Notes: a model not told the origin generated them from the sequence alone. Positions 8,717 to 17,898 are shown, counted from the first letter of the stretch. The stretch is DNA of 44,513 bases from an uncultured archaeon (GCA_964587725.1 CAZPLO010000010.1:1-44513), one strand, 5' to 3'. Numbers and translations are program-made.

Positions 8717-9631
8717 TCAGAAACCCTTCTCCTCCCGCTCCAGTAGCTTCCGAACGTTCTCCGTCACCATCTCCTGTATGTGGGCGACGGCTTCCTCGTT
8801 CTTCTCCGGCCGGAACAGGTGGCGGAACCTCCCCTGCAGCTTCAGGTACTCTTCAACGGGTTTGAGGCTGTCTGGGTCGCGGGGCATGTTCAGCTTGTGC
8901 TTCCCCCCGGTTATCTCGTACAGGGGGGTCGCGCCGGTCTCCACACCCAGCTTCAGTATCTGTATAGACTTCGAGGAGTCCGTCCTCCACCCCGGGACGC
9001 AGGTGTTGTACACGTTCACGAACGTCGGACCCTTCGTCTCCAGCGCAGTCTTCACCTTCCTGACCAGGTCTGCGTGGTATCCGGCCGACGCGGTCGCAAT
9101 ATACGGGGACCCATGGGCCTCCAGTATGTGCGGGAGGTCCTTCTTCCACTCCTCCTTGCCGACGGACACCTTGCCCGCAGGCGACGTCGTGGTCGCCGCC
9201 CCGTAGGGCGTTGAGCCGCTCCGCTGTATGCCCGTGTTCATGTAGGCTTCGTTGTCTGTGCACACGTAGGTTATGTTGTGGCCTCTTTCAAACGCTCCTG
9301 ACAGGCCTCTGATTCCGATATCGTATGTGCCGCCGTCCCCTCCTATGACGAGCACGTTCACGTCCTCCTTCCCCAGCACCTTCAATGCCCTTTCAACGCC
9401 GGAGCCTATGGAGGCGTTGTTTTCGAATGCACCGTGTATCCACGGAACCTTCCACGCGGTCTCCGGATACGGGGTGGACACGACCTCCATGCAGCCGGTG
9501 CACTGGATTACCACGGTGTTGGGGCCGGCGGCCTTCATGACAAGCCGTATCGCAAGGGCTTCCGCGCAGCCTGCGCACGCCCGGTGGCCTTTGGCGAAAT
9601 ACTCTCTCTCGTCTAAACCCATTACAGCCAT
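8717..9631 (-). CDS. porB: Pyruvate:ferredoxin oxidoreductase beta subunit
   Basis: GHRACAGC, TGCMEV, GGDGGTYDIG, DNEAYMNTGIQRS (TPP binding). Confidence 0.95.
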   Translation of the reverse strand: MAVMGLDEREYFAKGHRACAGCAEALAIRLVMKAAGPNTVVIQCTGCMEVVSTPYPETAWKVPWIHGAFENNASIGSGVERALKVLGKEDVNVLVIGGDGGTYDIGIRGLSGAFERGHNITYVCTDNEAYMNTGIQRSGSTPYGAATTTSPAGKVSVGKEEWKKDLPHILEAHGSPYIATASAGYHADLVRKVKTALETKGPTFVNVYNTCVPGWRTDSSKSIQILKLGVETGATPLYEITGGKHKLNMPRDPDSLKPVEEYLKLQGRFRHLFRPEKNEEAVAHIQEMVTENVRKLLEREEKGF

Positions 9632-9632
9632 T

Positions 9633-10805
9633 TTAGTACATCCACTCCTCCTTCTCCCCCTTGCCGCTGAGGGTCATGTCTATTATCTTCTCCACATGGT
9701 CTAAACGCACGTCCCTGCCGCCGAGGCCGACGATGAAGCTCCGCATCTCAGGTCGTTCATCCGAATCGTAGAGTGCGGATGATAGTTCATGGTACAGCGG
9801 CCCGCCTAGCCCCGGCGACAGCGCCTTCTCCACCACAGCCACCTTACCGCATCCGGACAGCTTCTCCTTCAACAGTCCGGCTGGGAACGGACGGTATGTT
9901 ATGAGCTTCAGCAGCCCCGCCTTAACGCCCTTCTCCCTCATCAGGTCTATGGATTCCTTTATTGTGCCGCAGACGCTGCCCATCGCGACCAGCACGACGT
10001 CGGCGTCCTCCATCATGTATTCCTCAACGTGGTAGTATTTCTCAGGCCGGGAATGCTTTATCTGCATGGGGAACTTCTTGTTGAACTCCCCCATCACCTC
10101 TTCGATGACCTTCATGGAGCCGTTCATGGCGTCGCAGACGTCCCTGCGGAACTCCATGTAGTGTGTGGGGAACCCTATGGGCCCTTGTGTCAGTGGCTCC
10201 TCAGGGTCCAGTACGGCGTGGACCGGCTTGTACTTCGGCACGAAATCCTGTATCTCCTCCTTGTCGAGTATGTCCACGGGCTCGTACACGTGCGACAGCG
10301 TGAAACCGTCCATGCAAACCATCGACGGCAGCAGCACGCGCTTGTCCTCGCTTATCCTGTGCTGCATGATGGTCATGTCGTAAGCCTCCTGCGCGGTCTC
10401 CACATAGAGTTGAATCCATCCCGCGTCCCTGGCGGAGATGCTGTCCTGGTGGTCGTTCCATATGCTTATGGGTGCGCTCAACGCGCGGTTCACCACGGAC
10501 ATGCACACCGGCAGCCTCATCCCCGACACTATGAACAACACTTCGTGCATGAGCGCGAGGCCCTGAGACGACGTCGACGTGTAGGCTCTGACGCCGGTTG
10601 CGGAGGCGCCGAGGCACGCTGATATGGCGCTGAACTCCGACTCCACGCGTATGTACTCTGACTTGATTTCGCCGTTGGCGACGAACTCTGAAATCCTCTC
10701 CACAATGTGGGTCTGCGGCGTAATAGGGTAAGCTGCGATGACATCCGGCTCAATCGCCTTCACACCCTCTGATATGGCGTGGCTCGCCTCCATCACTTCC
10801 TTCAC
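9633..10805 (-). CDS. porA: Pyruvate:ferredoxin oxidoreductase alpha subunit
   Basis: AYPITPQT, ESEFSA, TSSQGLALMHE, GLGGRD; real start is GTG 10805 overlapping the porD stop (GTGA). Confidence 0.95.
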   Translation of the reverse strand: MKEVMEASHAISEGVKAIEPDVIAAYPITPQTHIVERISEFVANGEIKSEYIRVESEFSAISACLGASATGVRAYTSTSSQGLALMHEVLFIVSGMRLPVCMSVVNRALSAPISIWNDHQDSISARDAGWIQLYVETAQEAYDMTIMQHRISEDKRVLLPSMVCMDGFTLSHVYEPVDILDKEEIQDFVPKYKPVHAVLDPEEPLTQGPIGFPTHYMEFRRDVCDAMNGSMKVIEEVMGEFNKKFPMQIKHSRPEKYYHVEEYMMEDADVVLVAMGSVCGTIKESIDLMREKGVKAGLLKLITYRPFPAGLLKEKLSGCGKVAVVEKALSPGLGGPLYHELSSALYDSDERPEMRSFIVGLGGRDVRLDHVEKIIDMTLSGKGEKEEWMY

Positions 10806-11101
10806 TTTTCTTCCACCACCATTTCGATGCATTTCACGGGGCAGACGTCCGCGCATATGCCGCAGCCTTTGCAGTAGTCGGGGTCGAAGTCGTATTTTCC
10901 GTCTTCGGTCTTGACCCTGGAGGCGTCGGGGCAGTACACCCAGCACATCCCGCAGGCGGTGCACTTCTCATGGTCTGTGACCGGCCTCATCGACCTCCAC
11001 CCGCCGGTCTTGGTCTGGTTGGTGCTTCCGTCGCTCCTCAACACTGATCCCGTGGTTATTTCGGCTTCACCCACCTTCTTCTTCCCCAAGTCAGCCTTCA
11101 T
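10802..11101 (-). CDS. porD: Pyruvate:ferredoxin oxidoreductase delta subunit (2x[4Fe-4S])
   Basis: TGGWRSMRP, CTACGMCWVYCP, YCKGCGICADVCP. Confidence 0.95.
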   Translation of the reverse strand: MKADLGKKKVGEAEITTGSVLRSDGSTNQTKTGGWRSMRPVTDHEKCTACGMCWVYCPDASRVKTEDGKYDFDPDYCKGCGICADVCPVKCIEMVVEEK

Positions 11102-11637
11102 TTTCCTTTAGCCTGCTCGTATACGTCTTGGACGAGTTTCTTGTTCTTCTCCGCTATGCCGCCGCTGAAGTGCTCGTCCACGCCCTTCAGCAGCCCCTCC
11201 ACGCTCACGTCACCGGTGAAGCCGGCGTATGCGCCGAGCATGGCCGTGTTCACGATGTCCCTGCCCAAGACCTCCATAGCCAGCTTGCTCACGTCCAGGG
11301 TCTTCACATTCAACCCCTTCAGTCCCAGGTCATCGGGGCTCTGGTTTGTGTTGGCGATTACCATGCCCCCCTCCTTAAGCCCTCCGGTAACGTCAACGGC
11401 CTCGAACAACGTGCTGTCCAACACGACGAGCACGTCCGGCTCGTAGACGGCGCTCTTACGCCGCACGAACTCGTCCGAAATTCTCACGAACGCCTGCACC
11501 GGCGCACCGCGCCGTTCGACGCCGAATTTGGGGAACGCCTGCGTGTATTTGCCGTCGTGGAATGCTCCGACGGCGAGAATCATGGCGGCCGTGACAGCGC
11601 CTTGGCCGCCCCGTCCGTGGAAACGTATCTCCTTCAT
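11098..11637 (-). CDS. porG: Pyruvate:ferredoxin oxidoreductase gamma subunit
   Basis: MKEIRFHGRGGQGAVTA, FGVERRGAPV, NTAMLGA; start ATG 11637. Confidence 0.95.
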   Translation of the reverse strand: MKEIRFHGRGGQGAVTAAMILAVGAFHDGKYTQAFPKFGVERRGAPVQAFVRISDEFVRRKSAVYEPDVLVVLDSTLFEAVDVTGGLKEGGMVIANTNQSPDDLGLKGLNVKTLDVSKLAMEVLGRDIVNTAMLGAYAGFTGDVSVEGLLKGVDEHFSGGIAEKNKKLVQDVYEQAKGK

Positions 11638-11753
11638 CTTCGGAGTGAACTTATATGAAACACACCTTAAAAAGACTCCCCTGTCCGGGCGGGAATCTTC
11701 GACGTCCGACGCAATCAACCTTTTTATACTCCCACCGCATTATATTTACCTCC

Positions 11754-12011
11754 ATGGAAGCGACCATAACAAGCTACCGGCGGGGCAGGCGCACCCAGAA
11801 CACCCGGCAGATGATAATTCAGCCGGCGGACTCCAACAGCAGGGAGGAGGCGGAGAAGCTCGTCGGAAAAAAAGTCGAGTGGACCACCCCCTCCGGGAAG
11901 AAACTGGAGGGCAAGGTCAGCAAACCCCACGGCAGCAAAGGCGCAGTATTAGCCCAATTCGACACAGGCCTCCCGGGCCAGGCCATCGGAACCACGGCTG
12001 AGATACTCTAG
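11754..12011 (+). CDS. rpl35ae: 50S ribosomal protein eL33 (L35Ae)
   Basis: SYRRGRRTQ, GKVSKPHGSKGAVLAQFDTGLPGQAIG; start ATG 11754. Confidence 0.93.
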   Translation: MEATITSYRRGRRTQNTRQMIIQPADSNSREEAEKLVGKKVEWTTPSGKKLEGKVSKPHGSKGAVLAQFDTGLPGQAIGTTAEIL

Positions 12012-12066
12012 ATTCTAATTTTTTAACCAACAAAACCATCAAATAAATCCTAAAACCCCACCATAT

Positions 12067-12158
12067 GCCGCTGTAGCTCAGACTGGGAGAGCACCTGGCT
12101 GAAGAGCCCCAAGCACTCGGAAACCAGGGTGTCGCGAGTTCAAATCTCGTCGGCGGCA
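12067..12158 (+). tRNA. trnF: tRNA-Phe(GAA) with 18-nt canonical 37/38 intron (12105-12122)
   Basis: Acceptor GCCGCTG/CGGCGGC-A; D-arm TAGCTCAGACTGGGAGAGC; anticodon stem CCTGG/CCAGG with GAA at 12101-12103; T-arm GCGAG-TTCAAAT-CTCGT. BHB-like motif: CUGA pairs with intron UCGG, flanked by 3-nt bulges AGA and AAA. Confidence 0.95.
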
Positions 12159-12164
12159 AACCAG

Positions 12165-12251
12165 GTCGCGAGTTCAAACGCTCAAGAGCGCTATGCGCTC
12201 TTGGCGCGCCAAAACAGCTTCGCTGTTTTGAGCGTCTCGTCGGCGGCAAAC
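12165..12251 (+). repeat. Tandem duplicate of the tRNA-Phe 3' end interrupted in the T-loop by a 56-bp palindromic element (12179-12234)
   Basis: GTCGCGAGTTCAAA (12131-12144 = 12165-12178) and TCTCGTCGGCGGCAAAC (12145-12161 = 12235-12251) are exact repeats flanking a multi-hairpin insert. Confidence 0.9.
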
Positions 12252-12255
12252 TGTT

Positions 12256-13911
12256 TCATCCGCCGCATCTGTGGATTGTTTCTCTGACCCCGTGTTCCAT
12301 GCTTTCATACTGTAGTCTGCAGTCGGCGAGGTCCTTCCAGACGGCGTGGTCTTCAGGTATCTTGGGGAAGTCCACCACCAATACGGTGTAGTCTACGGCG
12401 CCCCTGGTTTTTTCCACGTAGTCTCCGAGGGTGAACATTATCACTTTTTTGTCGGCCGGCACGTAGGCGCGCACGCCCTCGTCTATGTAGACGTATACGG
12501 TGTCCTCCAAATCCAACCTGCCCAGTTGTTCCACCAGGTCGTCTGCGGAGGCATTGGGGTTGGCGTTCGGGGTTAAACTGGTTTGGTATGCTGTGACTGC
12601 CAGGTTGAAGCATGTTATGACCACCAGGGCTCCGGCGAGCAGTCGAACCCCGCCCCTCAGGTGGTGTGAAATGAGCAGTGCAGCTGTCACGCCCCATCCG
12701 ACAACCAACATGAGCCCCGGCACGTAGAAGCCGACCGGCCCGGCGTTCGAGGAGTAGGGGACCATCACCCCGCCGAGGGAGCCTATGAAGTCCCCTACAA
12801 AATCCATTTTAGGCTCCAAGGGCACAGTCTCATGGTGCACCGACGCAGTGAAGGCCATTAAGATTAGGGACGAGAAACCAGCCGCCGCATATAGTCTCGG
12901 ATTTCCCATTATCTCGTCTACCGCATCCCTGCCGTATGAAATTATCGCCACGGCGACGCTGGGCAACGCGACCATGAAGTATCTGTCGAATGGTCGGTAG
13001 GGGTCCGCGTTCAACCCGAAGAACACGAGGACGCAGGCCAGGATGAATATTGCGTGGGTGTCCTGGAGGCTTCCCCGCTTAACCGTAAGATATGCGGCGT
13101 AAACTATTATCGGCCCGGTCCACAGTAGGAGTATCATCACGGAGGGGGTGCCCAGGACGGGGATGAAGCCTCTTTTACTGACGCTCAACTCCGTGGTATG
13201 GTTTATTATCTCCTCAGCGCTCCCCGGCGCAACCAAATACAATGCCGCGAACGTGGCTGCGGAAAGAATACAGTAGAATGCGATATAGGCTGTCCCCGCC
13301 TTGACTTTCCCCTCAACATCCAGTTTATTGGAGAAGATTAACTGCAGTGTGAACGCGACAGGCAATACGACGGCGGTAAGCATGGTCGCGGTGGCAACGT
13401 AGGCTAGGGAAGAAGCCAGTAGAAGGTTTTTCCATTCGAGGGTTCTGTGGTAGCGGTCCGCGTATACGAGGGAGGCCAGGGTGAACAGGGTAAGTTGTGA
13501 CGCTTGTAGTATGCGGGTGGACATTTGAATATGCCATGGTAAGATGGTCGTCAGAGCCACGGCGGCTATAGCGTATCTAACGCCCGCTCTGTCTCTGACG
13601 TGTTGGAAGAGCAGCAACAACGTTAGTGCGGACGCAATCAACGGGGTCAGACGGAAGGCGTAGTCTCCTGTTCCAACCAAAGAGGCCATGATAGAGTGGG
13701 GGAGCTGAAAGAGCGGTGGTTGCCCGCGGGTGCCGATGAAATTCTCTGGGAAATCATTGACCAGGTACTCGTATTTAAGAATGTATTCGTCCCGTGACAG
13801 ATGCTGGTCTAAGGTGAGCGCCCTCGGTGTTAGAAACAAAAACCCCACGACAATAAACGCCGTCCAAACCCCGGGGCGCCAGTTTCCAGACCCTTCAGAA
13901 CCCATCTTCAC
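12256..13911 (-). CDS. Polytopic membrane glycosyltransferase-like protein (GT-C, PMT/ArnT-like)
   Basis: N-terminal TM then SRDE, QPPLF, FRLTP, DRYFM motifs; many TM helices and a soluble C-terminal domain. Confidence 0.7.
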   Translation of the reverse strand: MKMGSEGSGNWRPGVWTAFIVVGFLFLTPRALTLDQHLSRDEYILKYEYLVNDFPENFIGTRGQPPLFQLPHSIMASLVGTGDYAFRLTPLIASALTLLLLFQHVRDRAGVRYAIAAVALTTILPWHIQMSTRILQASQLTLFTLASLVYADRYHRTLEWKNLLLASSLAYVATATMLTAVVLPVAFTLQLIFSNKLDVEGKVKAGTAYIAFYCILSAATFAALYLVAPGSAEEIINHTTELSVSKRGFIPVLGTPSVMILLLWTGPIIVYAAYLTVKRGSLQDTHAIFILACVLVFFGLNADPYRPFDRYFMVALPSVAVAIISYGRDAVDEIMGNPRLYAAAGFSSLILMAFTASVHHETVPLEPKMDFVGDFIGSLGGVMVPYSSNAGPVGFYVPGLMLVVGWGVTAALLISHHLRGGVRLLAGALVVITCFNLAVTAYQTSLTPNANPNASADDLVEQLGRLDLEDTVYVYIDEGVRAYVPADKKVIMFTLGDYVEKTRGAVDYTVLVVDFPKIPEDHAVWKDLADCRLQYESMEHGVRETIHRCGG

Positions 13912-13984
13912 ATGTCATGTATTCGTTTAACCCCCTAAATACGGGGTGTCGTTCTGGCTTTTCTTTTCATTTTCACATCATGTA

Positions 13985-14500
13985 ATGATGAGGTACGTAG
14001 TCGCATTTGTGCTTCTAACGTCCGGTTGCCTATGTTGTTCCCTGGAGCCGGAGGTGCATTCGGTTACGTTCTACGGGAACGAGTCGGTTGGCACTGCGTC
14101 CACTTCATCCACTGTGCGGATGACGTTGTCTTCGGGTGAGACGACCACTACACACATGATGGCTGTAACATCCCCCACTGTCCCGTCACCCAACCTACTT
14201 TCTACGTCGACTACGTTGTACGCATTGTTGTCTTCGTCCACTCAGGATGCTGGTCTGTCTTCATCCACGGTTGCAGTGGTCGGAGGATGCTACGACTTCG
14301 ATCAAGAATCCAGCCGGGTGTTGAACACTGATGTCCGCGGAACAGTAGAATATGATGGCAACGTTTACGTAGACTACTGCGTAGGCGACGTATTGTATGA
14401 GTACTACTGCGACGACGGCGAGATGAAGGTGTTGGAGATAACCTGCGGACCCGGCTGCTCTGGCGGCCGCTGCGGGCTGTCATCCACAACCACCGCGTAA
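13985..14500 (+). CDS. Putative lipoprotein, Ser/Thr-rich with C-terminal Cys-rich domain
   Basis: MMRYVVAFVLLTSGCLCC signal/lipobox; CYDFD..GTV..DYC..LYEYYC..C.PGCSGGRC. Confidence 0.75.
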   Translation: MMRYVVAFVLLTSGCLCCSLEPEVHSVTFYGNESVGTASTSSTVRMTLSSGETTTTHMMAVTSPTVPSPNLLSTSTTLYALLSSSTQDAGLSSSTVAVVGGCYDFDQESSRVLNTDVRGTVEYDGNVYVDYCVGDVLYEYYCDDGEMKVLEITCGPGCSGGRCGLSSTTTA

Positions 14501-14563
14501 CTGACTTATTTTTTATGACTTACTTGTAATGTATTTGTAACTTACTTTTTCTGCGGGTGTGGA

Positions 14564-15556
14564 ATGGCAGAGGATAAGGCAGCTAAGGCTGACGGGAGCC
14601 GTAAGAAGGCTAAGAAGAAAAAGAAGAAAACCAGGAAGAAGGGTAAGCGGAAGTCTAAAAAGAAAACCAAGAAGGCGAAGGAATCTCAGCCGGGGAAGAA
14701 ACCGGAACCCAAACCTGCCGAGGCCGATAAGAAACCGAAGCCGCCGGTTAAGGAGACTAGGCCGGAGCAGAAAAAACCGTCAAGGGAGGAGCGGCTTGAC
14801 CTGATATCCGACGACAAAAGCAGGCTCCTCCGCCTTATCGAACTGGAGGTGGAGGAGAAGAGTCTTAAGGCAGGTGAATTCGTCAGAACGGAGTCCTCCA
14901 GACTGTTACGGATTATCCAAAGATGGCGTAGGTGGGAGGTCACCCAACGCTTTTCGACCATGCCGGAGCCGCTGAAGGTCTCCGCAGCGTTCATACTCCT
15001 GTCCATGGCGGCTGTTGTGGCTGGAATGATGTTCTTCTATCTGGTGCTGTTTCTAACATATAACCCGTCTCCGGTGTCGGTCGAAGCCCAAGCATACACC
15101 ATACTACCGGATACCACCCACACCACAACCACATCCACCACCTCAACATCTACAACGGTCATGCAGTCGACGTCCACGACACTGTCCCTGGTCTGCAATC
15201 CCCCGTATATGAGGTTCGGCCTCGGCTGCTGTTTGGACTCCGACGGCAACGGCATCTGCGACTCAGACGAGACGGCTGAAACCACATCCACCACAACCCT
15301 CCGCTCATTCGTATTATGCAAACGAGACGGCGACTGCGGCCCAACGAGGGTGGAATACGAGTGCAGGGGCCGCAGTCTCTACAGGCTTACAATCACCCAT
15401 TTCTGCAGGAAACCAGGCTCGACGGCGTCCACCTGTGAGACAGCCTATACGGAGGAGCTGGTGGAGGAGTGCAGGCACAACCACCAGTGCTACATAGGGG
15501 ATGACGGGGTGGGAGTGTGCAAACCCACTACCACCCCCAACAACTTCATGACCTAG
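14564..15556 (+). CDS. Membrane-anchored protein: Lys-rich cytoplasmic N-terminus, one TM, Thr-rich linkers, Cys-rich extracellular domains
   Basis: KKAKKKKKKTRKK stretch; TM near aa 140-165; CNPPYMRFGLGCCLDSDGNGICDSDE. Confidence 0.75.
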   Translation: MAEDKAAKADGSRKKAKKKKKKTRKKGKRKSKKKTKKAKESQPGKKPEPKPAEADKKPKPPVKETRPEQKKPSREERLDLISDDKSRLLRLIELEVEEKSLKAGEFVRTESSRLLRIIQRWRRWEVTQRFSTMPEPLKVSAAFILLSMAAVVAGMMFFYLVLFLTYNPSPVSVEAQAYTILPDTTHTTTTSTTSTSTTVMQSTSTTLSLVCNPPYMRFGLGCCLDSDGNGICDSDETAETTSTTTLRSFVLCKRDGDCGPTRVEYECRGRSLYRLTITHFCRKPGSTASTCETAYTEELVEECRHNHQCYIGDDGVGVCKPTTTPNNFMT

Positions 15557-16431
15557 CGTTTGGCTTTCCTGTAAGGCATGCCGCGGACCAGCTTCCTCAT
15601 CCTCGCCTCGGAGACGACCTTGTCGCCACCTATCTTGATGTACTGGCCTTTCATCACGGTGCCGACCTCCACACACGGGCACTTGTTTTCCGCCGCGGTC
15701 TCCACCACCGAATCCACGGCTTTCCTGGGCACCGCTATCATGTAAGTCCCCATGTACCTTGTTGGGCTCGCATACGGTATCGACGTTATCTTAATCCCCC
15801 GCTTGCTCTTCACCATCATCTCCGCGAGGTTGCCGAACCATCCGCCCCGGGACGCGTCCTTGACCGCGTGTATTTCAACGTATTTCTTGTAGAGTGCGTA
15901 CATGGTGTTGAACTTCACATTCGCCCTGTACACGCGTTCGCCGACGCTGCCGTCCATGACGTGTCCCAGCATCATAACCCTGTCCCCTATCTTGGCGCCG
16001 CAGTCCGCTATGGGCTCCCGCATGAGTTTTCCGACGACGGTGAACGAGATGCACGGCTTCAAGTCGTTCTCCATCTGGGTGTTGCCTCCGACGACCGGGA
16101 CGCCTACGCCGAGGCTCTGCTTCCGCACGTCCTCCGACACAGCCTTCGCCTCAGCTATACTGTTCACCTGCATGGCGTTGAACGCGTACAACGGTTTACC
16201 CCCCATAGCCACGATGTCGGTGCAGCTGTGCAACAAACCAGTCTTACGCCCAATCTTCAGGGGGTACGGGCCCTCCATGTTTATGACCGTGTCCCCGACG
16301 ATGACGGCGTCGTCGCCCTGGCGTATGCCGTAGCTGAGGCCGTCGACCTGGTCGTCCATCTGCCAGAACACCTTCCTTATGGCGGACGTCTCCAGCATGT
16401 GGTCGATGCTCCTCTGAATGTCCCTCTTCAT
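15553..16431 (-). CDS. AIR synthase (PurM/ThiL-like) related protein
   Basis: GDDAVIV, DIVAMGGKP, VPVVGGNT, AVKDASRGG. Confidence 0.8.
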   Translation of the reverse strand: MKRDIQRSIDHMLETSAIRKVFWQMDDQVDGLSYGIRQGDDAVIVGDTVINMEGPYPLKIGRKTGLLHSCTDIVAMGGKPLYAFNAMQVNSIAEAKAVSEDVRKQSLGVGVPVVGGNTQMENDLKPCISFTVVGKLMREPIADCGAKIGDRVMMLGHVMDGSVGERVYRANVKFNTMYALYKKYVEIHAVKDASRGGWFGNLAEMMVKSKRGIKITSIPYASPTRYMGTYMIAVPRKAVDSVVETAAENKCPCVEVGTVMKGQYIKIGGDKVVSEARMRKLVRGMPYRKAKR

Positions 16432-17879
16432 AGTATTTTCCTCTGGAAACTGAACGTCAACTCCTCAATCCTTGATTTGTCGTCGGACAGTAATACGCCG
16501 TCGGCGCTATTAAACTCTTCAAGGCCCGCAGACACCTTGGATGCGACGTCCTTAAGCCTGGGGTCAGCGTCCTCCAGCCTCTCCCTTACCTCGGCCACAG
16601 TCATCCTGCGTTTTGATGCCATCAGCATGGTGTTGCCTCCGAAGTCTATGGTGAACACGGAAGGATAAACCTGCTGGAGCGTGTAGGCTATGGCGTCGCT
16701 GACGCCGGTGTCGTTGCGGGCGGTAACCACGTTCATCATCACCACTCCGTCTTCAGTCAAATGGTCGTCGACCTCCTGGAAGAACTCCACAGTAGCCAGG
16801 TGCACCGGTATGTCTGCTCCGTGGAAGACGTCTATGTCCACGATATCATATCTGCCTTCCTGCCGGATGAACATTCTAGCGTCCATGTTGTACACTCTAA
16901 GGCGTTCGCCCTCTTCGACGCCGAAGTAATCCTCCGCCACCTCCACTACCTTCGGGTCTATCTCCACCGCGTCGACGTTGACGTCGTGAAAGTGCAGTAG
17001 CTGCTTCACCGCCGTCCCCCCCGCCATCCCCAGGAACAATATGTTTTCTCCACCGTTTATTTCAGGGCCCACAGCGTATGCGTCGTAGTATCTCCCCGTT
17101 AGCACCCCCTCCTTGTTCATGTAGGTTTGTAGGAAAAACACCTCCTGGTTAGTCTTTAGTATCCGGTGTGTGGGGTAGTCGTACACGCTTATGACATTGT
17201 ACGCCGACTCTGTCCGGTAGACGAGGTTGTCGGGCGCAGGTTGCGTAATCAGGAGGCCGGGCACCAGGAACATGAACATCAGCGAGTCCATTTTGTTCCA
17301 CAGGCCCACGGCTGCCACCAGGAACAGGGCTGCGGCGTTGGCGAGCAACGTCGCCCTAGTGCCCATCCAAGGCAGAAGCATGAAGGCGGTGGCGAACGTT
17401 CCGAATATGCTGCCGACGGTGGAGACCGCGTACACTAGCCCCGCCGAACCTCCCACATCCTCCAAGTCCCGGGTGTGGAATTTTATAACCATCGGCGACG
17501 TCATCGACAACAGGGTTAACGGAGCCACGAACAAGAGGACCGTGGCCGCTATGGGCCCCAGTATGAGGCCGCCGTATATTGAGGCCATAACCACCGGCCT
17601 GCCCACCAACGGTATGAATGCCGCGTAGACCGCAGCGTACAGCAGGTTCCTGAACACGTCCCTGACGTCGTTTCTCTCATCAGCCCTCTTGCCGCCGAGG
17701 TAGTATCCCACCGACAAAGCCGCCATTATGACGCCTATCAGCGCTCCCCACACGTACACGCTCCCTCCGAAACCCGGTGCCAGCACCCTAGACGCAGCCA
17801 GCTCCAGGCTCATAATAGAGAACCCTGCGGTGAACGCGGTGAACACCAGGTACTCCTGTTTGCCCAATCTAGCCTTCAT
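16428..17879 (-). CDS. Membrane-fused spermidine synthase-like SAM-dependent protein
   Basis: N-terminal TM block (ELAASRVLAPGFG, YAVSTVGSIFG) and C-terminal LFLGMAGG, VEIDPKVV, DAR, HLATVEF. Confidence 0.85.
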   Translation of the reverse strand: MKARLGKQEYLVFTAFTAGFSIMSLELAASRVLAPGFGGSVYVWGALIGVIMAALSVGYYLGGKRADERNDVRDVFRNLLYAAVYAAFIPLVGRPVVMASIYGGLILGPIAATVLLFVAPLTLLSMTSPMVIKFHTRDLEDVGGSAGLVYAVSTVGSIFGTFATAFMLLPWMGTRATLLANAAALFLVAAVGLWNKMDSLMFMFLVPGLLITQPAPDNLVYRTESAYNVISVYDYPTHRILKTNQEVFFLQTYMNKEGVLTGRYYDAYAVGPEINGGENILFLGMAGGTAVKQLLHFHDVNVDAVEIDPKVVEVAEDYFGVEEGERLRVYNMDARMFIRQEGRYDIVDIDVFHGADIPVHLATVEFFQEVDDHLTEDGVVMMNVVTARNDTGVSDAIAYTLQQVYPSVFTIDFGGNTMLMASKRRMTVAEVRERLEDADPRLKDVASKVSAGLEEFNSADGVLLSDDKSRIEELTFSFQRKIL

Positions 17880-17898
17880 CCCATAAAATCCTTTGTGT

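Noticed and set aside
10806-10964. N-terminal extension of the porA ORF in the ORF track
   Set aside because: It overlaps porD in another frame; homology starts at GTG 10805. Similar over-extensions were trimmed for porG, rpl35ae, purQ, the GGR gene, the 32459 ORF, mazG and the 40747 gene.
11672-11699. Imperfect hairpin plus T-tract between porG and rpl35ae
   Set aside because: Short, overlaps divergent promoter boxes; not distinguishable from chance or an ordinary operator
12165-12248. Split tRNA half or second tRNA with a 59/60 intron
   Set aside because: No 5' half or complementary leader, an incomplete variable region, and no BHB motif at the insert junctions
12165-13911. Integrated element or genomic island at tRNA-Phe
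   Set aside because: The tRNA repeat copies are only 3 nt apart; no integrase and no distal att copy were seen in the window
15553-16431. Selenophosphate synthetase SelD or true PurM
   Set aside because: Lacks the N-terminal Cys/Sec-x-x-Lys of SelD and the PurM-specific motifs; no in-frame UGA recoding or SECIS noticed
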